Source: a virus | DNA length: 54,772 bases | Reading direction: 5' to 3' (one strand) | Virus record (IMG/VR): IMGVR_UViG_3300028430_000584 | In this document: positions 45,316 to 52,948 of the stretch, piece by piece | Position numbering within the stretch: the stretch's first letter is position 1 | Layout: every line of letters begins with the position of its first letter | Made by a program: the position numbers and the translations under genes | The notes under the pieces: model-generated | What the model was told of the DNA's origin: nothing | Database searches by the model: none | Seen by the model: the letters and a program-made list of their open reading frames with translations, nothing else

Positions 45316-45579
45316 ATGAAGTCGTCGCCTCTCGAAAGACTCATCGTCCTTATCCTCACGTTCGCGTTCATCCCCGTGCTGATAGGCACACCACCGCTCA
45401 TCGTCGCCGTCATCTGGTACTTCGCTCGTGACTCTGTGGCCGCTGTCTTCTCGTGGCCGTCCGCTTCCACAATCACCTTCTCGCAAGCCTTCTGGCTGTC
45501 CCTCCTCGCATACGTAGTGGGCGTCATCATCTTCCGCCTCGTCCGCGCCATCTTCCCGCCCGCACCCCGCACCACCTGA
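45316..45579 (+). CDS. Small membrane protein (87 aa)
   Basis: Hydrophobic segments LIVLILTFAFIPVLIG and FWLSLLAYVVGVIIF. Preceded by a degenerate repeat copy. Confidence 0.5.
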   Translation: MKSSPLERLIVLILTFAFIPVLIGTPPLIVAVIWYFARDSVAAVFSWPSASTITFSQAFWLSLLAYVVGVIIFRLVRAIFPPAPRTT

Positions 45580-45594
45580 CCCCCACTCAAGGAA
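45580..45594 (+). repeat. Dispersed repeat copy CCCCCACTCAAGGAA
   Basis: 5 nt upstream of ATG 45600. Confidence 0.95.
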
Positions 45595-45599
45595 TCCTT

Positions 45600-45926
45600 A
45601 TGTCAACCACCCCGTTCCCCACTCTCATTGTCATGGGTCGTCTCCCCTCCGACACCCGCGACACCCGCGACACCCGCGACACCGCCTCCGCTGTCCTCTC
45701 CTACCAGCTCGGCTCCTACTACGAGAACAGCACCAAGAACACCATCTACGCCGCAGCCAAGCGCATGGCCCGAGAGATCAACGCTCACGGTGCCCCTCGT
45801 ATCCAAGCCCTCATTACTGCCAAGCGCCTCGTCCCCAATGGCACCAACAACCCCGACGCTCGCCCTGCCGCTGGCTTCAGCATCAGCGTCGTCTGGCCGG
45901 GTGGCCGTGTCAGTGTCATTCGCTAA
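45600..45926 (+). CDS. Hypothetical protein (108 aa) containing a (DTR)x3 repeat
   Basis: The ATG lies 5 nt after repeat copy CCCCCACTCAAGGAA. There is a 9-nt tandem repeat at 45651-45677. Confidence 0.5.
   Translation: MSTTPFPTLIVMGRLPSDTRDTRDTRDTASAVLSYQLGSYYENSTKNTIYAAAKRMAREINAHGAPRIQALITAKRLVPNGTNNPDARPAAGFSISVVWPGGRVSVIR
45651..45677 (+). repeat. Tandem repeat (gacacccgc)x3 plus a partial fourth unit
   Basis: Read directly. Encodes DTRDTRDTRDT in 45600..45926. Confidence 0.9.
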
Positions 45927-46081
45927 CTCTCACCGCCCTCCTGATGGCCGGGTGCGTCTCTCACGGGGCGTGCTCGGTTTCGTGTGCCGTGCCATGCACA
46001 CACCCCCACTCCCACTCAGTACGTGCAGCGTGTGCTGCCGCTGTGTGTGATGGGGTCAACCCCTCCAACAAGGAGCAAAAC

Positions 46082-46336
46082 ATGGCTGTTACCAACGTTC
46101 GCGTCACCGACTCTCGCAACAACACCCGCCGCGTCTTTGAGGTTCCCGAGGGCAGCACCGTCGCTGCCGTCCTCACCGCTGCTGGTGTCCCCTTCAGCGA
46201 GTCGGGGTACGCCATCACCTACCGTGCGGCGGGCACCTCCACCATCACCGCCCTCACGCCGGATGGGATCAACAACACGGTCGTCACCGACATGTCCGAC
46301 GTGTTCGCCACCTTCACCCAGCAGAAGGGCAACTGA
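46082..46336 (+). CDS. Ubiquitin-like / ThiS-MoaD-like beta-grasp protein (84 aa), C-terminus ...TQQKGN
   Basis: ATG preceded by AAGGAG. The pattern VRVTD..RRVFEVPEGSTVAAVLTAAGVP...ITYRAAG...VVTDMSDVFATFTQQKG-N parallels ThiS/MoaD topology, with a near-terminal Gly. In an operon with JAB and E1 genes. Confidence 0.55.
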   Translation: MAVTNVRVTDSRNNTRRVFEVPEGSTVAAVLTAAGVPFSESGYAITYRAAGTSTITALTPDGINNTVVTDMSDVFATFTQQKGN

Positions 46337-46337
46337 T

Positions 46338-46353
46338 CCCCCCACTCAAGGTC
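46338..46353 (+). repeat. Dispersed repeat copy CCCCCCACTCAAGGTC
   Basis: Starts 1 nt after the stop codon of the Ubl gene. Confidence 0.95.
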
Positions 46354-46434
46354 AGTGACTCACCGTGCTGACTCGGGCAGGATGGCCTATCGGCTGTCCT
46401 GCTCTTTCCATTCCCCCACTCAGGAGTTCCCATC

Positions 46435-48498
46435 ATGCCCGTCTCCCCGCACGCCACCCTCACCGACCTCTTCCCCCCTCTCCCCTACGAAAGTCCCGAC
46501 CCAATCAACTTCGACGGCTCGACCTTTTCCTACCCCAACTTCACGGCTCCCGGTCCCGTCTTCACCCGCCATTCCAACCTCGTCGCCTACTCCCTCTCCT
46601 CCGACTCTGACATTGCCGCCGCCCGCCGAGTCTTCTCCCGCTACGCCCACCGCGCCCTAGATCCCGCCCCCTCCTTCTCCTCTCGCCGCGAAGCAATCCG
46701 CCTCCTCCTCACTGCCCGCGAACTCTCCTCCCGCGCCTCCACTTTCCTCGCCAGCCCTACCTCCGCTCGCCTCCACCGCTTCCGCGCTTCGCTCACCCGC
46801 CTCTCCCAGGCCGCCACCGCCTCCACCACCATTAGTTACCTCGATTCCCTCGTCCCACCCGTTCCCTTCAACCCTCTCAAGCCCAACCGCAGCCACCCCC
46901 TGCACTGGCTCTCCGTTTTCGACAACCTCGTCTCCGCCGCCCGTCACTTCTTCCCCCTCTCCTACCTCGTACTCAACCACTCCAGTTCTCAGTGGACCCT
47001 CTACTTCCAGACCCACCCTATCAAGATGCGGTTCCTCGAAGGCTTCCTCCCCAACTTCACCTGCGATTCCGACAATCTCGGCCAGTACCTTCTCCTCCCC
47101 GCTGTCCGTGGCATCCTCCCCCTCCATCTCTCCCTCAACGACTTCACCCGCACCACTCCCTACGCCAACTCTCCCGACGCATCTAACTCCTTCTATATGT
47201 CCAACCGCCAGATTGAATTCTTCCAACCCTACTCCATCCGCACCCATTCCACCCGCCCCCGCCCCGGCTCGACCTTCCCTCACTCCTTCCGCCACCCCCA
47301 CATCTCCAGCTCCCGCGTTTCTTCTCCTTACGCCACCATCTGCCACTCCAACCACTACAAAGAAACCTGCGCCTCTCGCTATTACAACGGCGACTACTAC
47401 TCGCTCATCGCCGACACACTCTCCGTCCTCTCCACCTACAACCCCGGCTCCCCCTACTTCCAACTCTCCGACATCTCCGCTTCCGGTCCCATCACCGTCT
47501 GCCCCCATTGCAACGAGTCCTACGACCCCGCCACCTCCGGCATACGCCCCATCTCCCGCGTCACTCCAACCGCCATCCGCAGAGACCCTGACCCTCACCA
47601 CGCCCCCTGCCTTGTCCCTGTCCCCTGCTTCCACACCCACTTCTTACACAACCCCACCACCCTCACCGACTCCTACGAACTACCCTCTCTCCGCATTACA
47701 ACAGCCGATCCCAACTACGGCTACGACGACACCGACAACTGCCCACTCCACATCACCCCTTCTTTCCTTGACGACTACTGTTTCTCGCATCATACCTACA
47801 CCATCAACTCCCACTCCATCTCAGCCTTCGTCCGTTCCGCTATCCGCGACACCATCACCACTCCCGGCCAACACAAGCCGCTCTCCCACCACTTCCAAGC
47901 TCGCTTCGTCCGCACCCTCACCCCTCACCTCTCCGTTCCCACTCCCTCCTTCGGCGATCCTTCCCCGCCCCTTCCCCTCCCCGCCACCCTCATCTCCAAC
48001 CACCTCCCCCTCTACCACCTCTTCACTTGCGACCCCATTACGGAGCAGATTCCAGCTACCCTCTCCGGCTCAACCCACACTCGCTACGCTTTCTCGATTC
48101 CCCTCCACGAACAGATCTACTTTGCCAACGCTGCTGCCATCGACAAGTTTCTCTGGCGATACGACACATTCCTCACTGCCATCACCGCCGCCCGGGCAGG
48201 TCGCACCTTCATGCGGCTCAACGAGCTGCCCCCGCATCTACGCCCCATCCTGTTGCTCGATCCCTCCCCCATAGACAACCCGTCATCTCCCACCGACCTG
48301 CCCACCACCATCTCTCGCCTCTCCGACTTCTTCCGTGTCATCGTCTGCCCTCCCTTCTCTCAGATCGCTGACACCCTCATCGCTCAAGCCAGCACTCAAG
48401 ACGAAGTGGACCGCATCGTTGCAGACCACTTCGCTGCCATCAACTCGCACCCCATCCCGGAGCCGTCCAATGTCGAATCGCAAGCCGCCGTCGTCTGA
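46435..48498 (+). CDS. Large orphan protein (687 aa) in the E2 position of the Ubl operon
   Basis: ATG preceded by CCCCCACTCAGGAG. No family motif was recognised by eye. Several Cys/His clusters: CPHCNESYD, HHAPCLVPVPCFHTHFLH. Confidence 0.55.
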   Translation: MPVSPHATLTDLFPPLPYESPDPINFDGSTFSYPNFTAPGPVFTRHSNLVAYSLSSDSDIAAARRVFSRYAHRALDPAPSFSSRREAIRLLLTARELSSRASTFLASPTSARLHRFRASLTRLSQAATASTTISYLDSLVPPVPFNPLKPNRSHPLHWLSVFDNLVSAARHFFPLSYLVLNHSSSQWTLYFQTHPIKMRFLEGFLPNFTCDSDNLGQYLLLPAVRGILPLHLSLNDFTRTTPYANSPDASNSFYMSNRQIEFFQPYSIRTHSTRPRPGSTFPHSFRHPHISSSRVSSPYATICHSNHYKETCASRYYNGDYYSLIADTLSVLSTYNPGSPYFQLSDISASGPITVCPHCNESYDPATSGIRPISRVTPTAIRRDPDPHHAPCLVPVPCFHTHFLHNPTTLTDSYELPSLRITTADPNYGYDDTDNCPLHITPSFLDDYCFSHHTYTINSHSISAFVRSAIRDTITTPGQHKPLSHHFQARFVRTLTPHLSVPTPSFGDPSPPLPLPATLISNHLPLYHLFTCDPITEQIPATLSGSTHTRYAFSIPLHEQIYFANAAAIDKFLWRYDTFLTAITAARAGRTFMRLNELPPHLRPILLLDPSPIDNPSSPTDLPTTISRLSDFFRVIVCPPFSQIADTLIAQASTQDEVDRIVADHFAAINSHPIPEPSNVESQAAVV

Positions 48499-50044
48499 CC
48501 ATCCCACCGTCCAGCCCACCGTCACCCTCTCCGCTCTCGCCTACCTCAAACTCCACCTGCTCGCCCTTGCTCCCTCCATCTCCAACGACGAGCCCAACCC
48601 GCTCCGCACCCGCGAGACCGCCGCTCTCCTCATACCCGACCCCGCCGATCCCTTCAAGATCATCGACATTTTCGTCCCCCGCCAACAATCCACCGCAGCC
48701 TCCTTCGAGATCGACCCCACCGACTCGCTCTCCGTCTTCGACACCTCCCCCAACGCACTCCCCTGCTGCACCAACCTCATCTTCCACACCCACCCCGGCG
48801 AGTCCGCCACCCCCTCCGGCGGCGACGACTCCAACTGGCGCACCGTCCAATCGACTGGCCCCTTCGCCATGATGCTCATCTTCGGTCGCCCCACCTCACC
48901 CACCGCCTTCCCCGAGTTCTCTCTCCGCGTCCGCTATCCCCTTGGCCCCGCCGTCATCCCCGGCTTCCCCGCTCTCGCCTCCTCCCCTCCCGTCTACGAC
49001 GGCCCGGCCAAGCTCCTCTACTACTGCCCCTTCCGTGCCTTCCTCGAAGATGGCACACCCTTCCCCCTCTCCCCCGCCGATCGTCTCGCTTTCCTCCAGT
49101 CCGCCCTCGCCGCCAATCCCGGCGCACCCACCATCACTCCCGCCACCATCTACTCCCACAACCTCACCACCAACTGGCACACCCAGTCCGAATCCAAGAA
49201 CGAAGCCCTCAAGCGTTCCCTCTACGCCCAGCTCTCCTCCTTCGTTCACCCTCCCTTCCAATCCGTCACCTCTCAGCACGCCCGCTCCCTCGGCTACATC
49301 CCCCTCTCCGAAGCTGTCAACCAGTCGTGGCTCATTCCCGACTCCGAATCCTTCCCCTACCTCGTTCACCCCGACGCTGCCCCCGTCATCCGCAAAGCGT
49401 GGCACGACTTCATCGGCAACATGCAGTCCTTCATGGGCACCCTCCTCACCCCTGTTGCCACATGGCTCGCCTCCTCCCTCACCCCCTACTTCGCTCAATC
49501 CAAGTCTCAATCTGACTCTGGCCCCCTCGTCCAGTACAAGCGTGCCACCTCCTTCTCTAAGTGGCGTGCCATGCTCACCCCCTCCACCTTCCCCACCCTG
49601 CTCCCCATCTTCAACCCCAGCCTCAACCCCACCAACCCCGAGGACACTTGGTACGAAGCCTTCTACGCCATCGAGTGGCGACCCCACTCCTCTCCCATCT
49701 CCGTCTCCGACATCAAGGATTTCATCGCCGACTCCCGCGTCTTCCAGTACGACGAATCCACCGGCGCATTCCGCATCTCGTGGTCTGCTGCCCGTGACGA
49801 GTGGGAGTGGACCCCCTCCGACGTGTCCCGCATCAACACCCTCCTCCTCACTCTCAACCCCGACCAATCCATCCTCGCCGTCGGCTGCCTCCTTCGCTAC
49901 GAACTCGCTTGGTCCCACATCTGCGAGCACAGTACCTTCTCAGAGTCCGACGCTCTCGACACTGCATTCACAGAAGTCTTCGACGAACTCGTCACTTCCC
50001 TCACCGCCCTCAAGACCACCACCCAGCAGGAGTTGTACTCATGA
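48470..50044 (+). CDS. JAMM/JAB (MPN+) metalloprotease domain protein (524 aa)
   Basis: FHTHPGESATPSGGD is an exact H-x-H-x7-S-x2-D JAMM motif, with an upstream Glu (RETAALL). About 380 aa of C-terminal extension have unknown function. The stop overlaps the E1 start (ATGA). Confidence 0.75.
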   Translation: MSNRKPPSSDHPTVQPTVTLSALAYLKLHLLALAPSISNDEPNPLRTRETAALLIPDPADPFKIIDIFVPRQQSTAASFEIDPTDSLSVFDTSPNALPCCTNLIFHTHPGESATPSGGDDSNWRTVQSTGPFAMMLIFGRPTSPTAFPEFSLRVRYPLGPAVIPGFPALASSPPVYDGPAKLLYYCPFRAFLEDGTPFPLSPADRLAFLQSALAANPGAPTITPATIYSHNLTTNWHTQSESKNEALKRSLYAQLSSFVHPPFQSVTSQHARSLGYIPLSEAVNQSWLIPDSESFPYLVHPDAAPVIRKAWHDFIGNMQSFMGTLLTPVATWLASSLTPYFAQSKSQSDSGPLVQYKRATSFSKWRAMLTPSTFPTLLPIFNPSLNPTNPEDTWYEAFYAIEWRPHSSPISVSDIKDFIADSRVFQYDESTGAFRISWSAARDEWEWTPSDVSRINTLLLTLNPDQSILAVGCLLRYELAWSHICEHSTFSESDALDTAFTEVFDELVTSLTALKTTTQQELYS

Positions 50045-51018
50045 CCATCGACGACACCCGCTTCGCCGCCCTCCTCCCTCCCTCCATCCGTTCCCTCCCC
50101 GTCACCATCATCGGTTGCGGCGGCACCGGCGCAGCCTTCGCCCGCCAACTCGCCTACACCGGCTTCACACACCTCACCCTCATCGACTTCGACACCATCG
50201 AGCCGCACAACCTCGGCCCCCAAGGCTGGTCCGCTGCCCAGCTCGGCCTCCTCAAGGTCGAAGCTCTCGCTTCCGAACTCCGCATCGCCCGTCCCTCCAT
50301 CTCCATCACCTACCACGCCCGTCGCTGGTCCGCCGCCCACGACCTCCGCTCCTGTACCCCCATCGTCTGCTCCTGCGTAGACTCACGCGACACCGACGCC
50401 TTCATCGCCTCCAAGCTCATCCCCCACTTGGAAAATCGTCCAGATCCCTACCTCTACCTCTCCCCCCGTGTCCGCGCCATCGACTACGTCCTCCGCTCCA
50501 TCTTCGACGCCCCCTCCTACGCCTCCTACCTCTCCGCTCACTTCCCCGATTCCGCCGTCCCTCCCGAGCCCGGCTCATGCGGCGTGCCCACCACCCTCTA
50601 CGGCAACACCGCTCTCGCCTGCTTGATGCTCGACAATATCCGTCGCCGCTTCACCGGCTTCCCTGTCATCACTTACGCTCAACGCTCCTTCCACACCCCG
50701 CCTGCCTGCTGGCTCCACGAAGAAGCCGACCAAGACACACTACGCTCTCCAGTCACTGTCACCCCGCCCACCCCACCCGCTCGCCGTGACACCATCCCCC
50801 ACGACCCCAACACCGAGCACTACCTTAGTGAAGTGCGGGCCGTCCGCATCACCCCCTCCATCGAAGCCGCAATGTCCCGTGCCAACCCGGCACACAACCT
50901 CCAGTCTCGTCCCAGCATCCTCTCCCGCACGGAGGAGGACGCCTCCAACCCCCACGGCTTCCTCGAACGCACCCGTGGCGGTCCCCTCCCCCAAATCCCC
51001 ACCGACCTCCCCTCCTAA
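50041..51018 (+). CDS. ThiF/MoeB/E1-like adenylating enzyme (325 aa)
   Basis: VTIIGCGGTGAAFARQLAYTGFTHLTLIDFDTIEPHNLGPQ, then PIVCSCVDSRDTDAFI and GSCGVPTTLYGNTALACLMLDNI, follow the E1/ThiF Rossmann and downstream motifs. Confidence 0.8.
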   Translation: MTIDDTRFAALLPPSIRSLPVTIIGCGGTGAAFARQLAYTGFTHLTLIDFDTIEPHNLGPQGWSAAQLGLLKVEALASELRIARPSISITYHARRWSAAHDLRSCTPIVCSCVDSRDTDAFIASKLIPHLENRPDPYLYLSPRVRAIDYVLRSIFDAPSYASYLSAHFPDSAVPPEPGSCGVPTTLYGNTALACLMLDNIRRRFTGFPVITYAQRSFHTPPACWLHEEADQDTLRSPVTVTPPTPPARRDTIPHDPNTEHYLSEVRAVRITPSIEAAMSRANPAHNLQSRPSILSRTEEDASNPHGFLERTRGGPLPQIPTDLPS

Positions 51019-51028
51019 GGAGCACACC

Positions 51029-51268
51029 ATGCGTGAAATCGTACACATCAACAAGTCCGTCACCGGCATCACCCACGCTTCTCGTGAGATCCTCATCGAA
51101 CCCTGTCCTCCCAACACCGCCTGTTCCTACCGTGTCTGGGTACAGATTGAGATCGGCGGCTTCGACACCCCTCTCATAAAGCAGGAAAGTTACATCTCTC
51201 TCAGCCGTGACGAATACCTCTCCCTCCGCTTTGAACTCGACCGTCGCTTCGAGATCACCCATGCGTGA
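51029..51268 (+). CDS. Hypothetical protein (79 aa)
   Basis: ATG preceded by TAAGGAGCACACC. Directly downstream of the E1 gene. Confidence 0.5.
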   Translation: MREIVHINKSVTGITHASREILIEPCPPNTACSYRVWVQIEIGGFDTPLIKQESYISLSRDEYLSLRFELDRRFEITHA

Positions 51269-51929
51269 GCCCACTCCCCTGCCTATCGCACCCTGCACCT
51301 CCTGTCCCCAGCACGAGACCGCCCTCTTCAATCCCGTCCCTCCCATCCTCCCCTCCTCCCTCACTCACCCCCCTCTCATCATCCTGCTCCCCGCCCCCTC
51401 GACCGATTCTCGCTCCGGCTCCATCCTCGCCTCTCGCACCTACCGTCTCGTCTCCTCCGCCTTCATTCCCCTCCTTCCCCCCATCTCACCCATCTTCATC
51501 CCCATCCTCCGCTGCGTCGTCACCGCCCCCTCCCGCGTGAAGCCCGCCTTCTACACCACCTGCTCTCGAACCCACCTCCTCCCCACCCTCCTCTCCCTTC
51601 TCCCTCACCTTCCCCCCACCCCCACCCCCATCCTCTGCATCGGCGCGCCAGCCGTCCGCTCCCTCCACTCTCTCCTCCACTCTCCTTGCTCCCAAGCCGA
51701 AGCCTTCTCCACTCAAGGCTCCGTCTTCCCGCTCCCCTCCACCCCCTTCTCCATCCAACGTTTCGCTACGCTCGACCCCGCCGAGATCCTCCTCCGCCCC
51801 GAGCGCAAGTCCACCGCCTTCTCCCACCTCTCCCTCCTCTCCACCCACCTCTCCGGCTCACCACCCGCCATCTCCACACCCACCATCGTCCCACCCGGCC
51901 CACCCCCCACTCAAGGTGCTTCACAATGA
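51261..51929 (+). CDS. Possible family-4 uracil-DNA-glycosylase-fold protein with a degenerate active site (222 aa)
   Basis: CTSCP...PPLIILLPAPSTDSRSGSILAS...ILRCVV...ILCIGAPAVRSL parallels the order of UDG4 motifs (CxxC, GEAPG..ED..G.PF.G, N.VKCRP, LG..A). The catalytic residues differ. Confidence 0.3.
   Translation: MREPTPLPIAPCTSCPQHETALFNPVPPILPSSLTHPPLIILLPAPSTDSRSGSILASRTYRLVSSAFIPLLPPISPIFIPILRCVVTAPSRVKPAFYTTCSRTHLLPTLLSLLPHLPPTPTPILCIGAPAVRSLHSLLHSPCSQAEAFSTQGSVFPLPSTPFSIQRFATLDPAEILLRPERKSTAFSHLSLLSTHLSGSPPAISTPTIVPPGPPPTQGASQ
51903..51918 (+). repeat. Dispersed repeat copy CCCCCCACTCAAGGTG
   Basis: 7 nt upstream of ATG 51926. Confidence 0.95.
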
Positions 51930-52159
51930 GCGACAAGCCTGCTCCCGATACGCCCTTCTCCCTCTTTCGTGAACTCGCCGAGATGGATGACTGGATGGTA
52001 CCAGTTACTCGCTACGGGAACGTAGAAGGTCACGAGTGCTTCTTCTGCCGGGCCAAGGTGCATTTTGGCTATATCACAGGTATAACCGTAGAGCACGAGC
52101 CCACTTGCCTCTATGTTCGTGCTCGTGCCCTCCTCGCATCCACCCCTCACTCAAGGTAA
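51926..52159 (+). CDS. Hypothetical protein (77 aa)
   Basis: The ATG lies 7 nt after repeat copy CCCCCCACTCAAGGTG. Confidence 0.5.
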   Translation: MSDKPAPDTPFSLFRELAEMDDWMVPVTRYGNVEGHECFFCRAKVHFGYITGITVEHEPTCLYVRARALLASTPHSR

Positions 52160-52166
52160 CTAACCC

Positions 52167-52406
52167 ATGCACATCGTCTGTACCGACCATCGGCCCACCT
52201 CTCCCCACAAGCGCAAGGTCAGCGAACTCCCGCCCAACACCGTCGTCACCGTCGAAGGCAGCCCCTACGTCGTCATGGTGTCCGGCGTTGCACTCATTGA
52301 CCTCGCTGGAGATCTGCGATGCGTCTCCCCCGACCTCAGCGAATACATCATGCGGCAAACCCCCTACGTCATACACGGTTCCTTCCGCATCAACTCCGTC
52401 GGCTAA
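52167..52406 (+). CDS. Hypothetical protein (79 aa)
   Basis: ORF track. Preceded by a degenerate repeat copy, CCCCTCACTCAAGGTA. Confidence 0.5.
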   Translation: MHIVCTDHRPTSPHKRKVSELPPNTVVTVEGSPYVVMVSGVALIDLAGDLRCVSPDLSEYIMRQTPYVIHGSFRINSVG

Positions 52407-52421
52407 CCCCCACTCAAGGCG
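52407..52421 (+). repeat. Dispersed repeat copy CCCCCACTCAAGGCG
   Basis: 6 nt upstream of ATG 52428. Confidence 0.95.
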
Positions 52422-52427
52422 ATTCAC

Positions 52428-52595
52428 ATGGGTAAGACAAGACGCTCACCCCGCCAGAACAAACTTGTCTCAGTCAGGGTCAAAGCTAACGCTGGCGACT
52501 ATCGCACCACCCGCAAGTTCCACGTCCTCAAAGCCATCCCCTTCCGCCAGTTCAAGGCGGAACTCACCGCCCGCGAATCCCTCACCCCGGAGTAA
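52428..52595 (+). CDS. Hypothetical small basic protein (55 aa; below the ORF-track cutoff)
   Basis: Hand translation MGKTRRSPRQNKLVSVRVKANAGDYRTTRKFHVLKAIPFRQFKAELTARESLTPE. The ATG lies 6 nt after repeat copy CCCCCACTCAAGGCG. Confidence 0.45.
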   Translation: MGKTRRSPRQNKLVSVRVKANAGDYRTTRKFHVLKAIPFRQFKAELTARESLTPE

Positions 52596-52598
52596 CCC

Positions 52599-52922
52599 GT
52601 GCCACGCACCCCCACCCCCACCCGTAAGCCCGTCAAGCCCCGCTACTCGCTCTCCGACCTACGCACCCTGTCCGACCAACTCCGCGATGATGTCTCCCGT
52701 GCCACCTCCTTCCTCAGCAGGTCCCGTGTCAAGGGCTACACCCGCTCCATCCGCACCTTGCCTCCCGATCGCCTCCGCTTCTCGTCCTCCCTCCTGAAGT
52801 CCTATCGTTCGCTCCGCTCCGCCCACTCCCTCTCCTTCCGCCCCACCACCTGCCCCACCACCTACGACCGCCGCATCCTCATCGACATGCGTCGCCTCGC
52901 TGCCGACATCCTCTCACGCTGA
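52599..52922 (+). CDS. Hypothetical protein (107 aa, GTG start)
   Basis: ORF track. Confidence 0.4.
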   Translation: MPRTPTPTRKPVKPRYSLSDLRTLSDQLRDDVSRATSFLSRSRVKGYTRSIRTLPPDRLRFSSSLLKSYRSLRSAHSLSFRPTTCPTTYDRRILIDMRRLAADILSR

Positions 52923-52948
52923 GCACTACATCTGACCCCCACCCACCT

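Noticed and set aside
49801-50040. An upstream extension of the E1-like ORF.
   Set aside because: It overlaps the JAB gene out of frame with Pro/Arg-rich sequence. ATG 50041 forms an ATGA overlap with the JAB stop and lies just before the Rossmann motif.
2709-52421. The dispersed 16-mer as a single-subunit (T7-like) phage RNA polymerase promoter.
   Set aside because: No phage RNA polymerase gene was recognised. Only 13-16 nt are conserved. Several copies lie antisense inside essential genes, where a promoter would drive antisense transcription.
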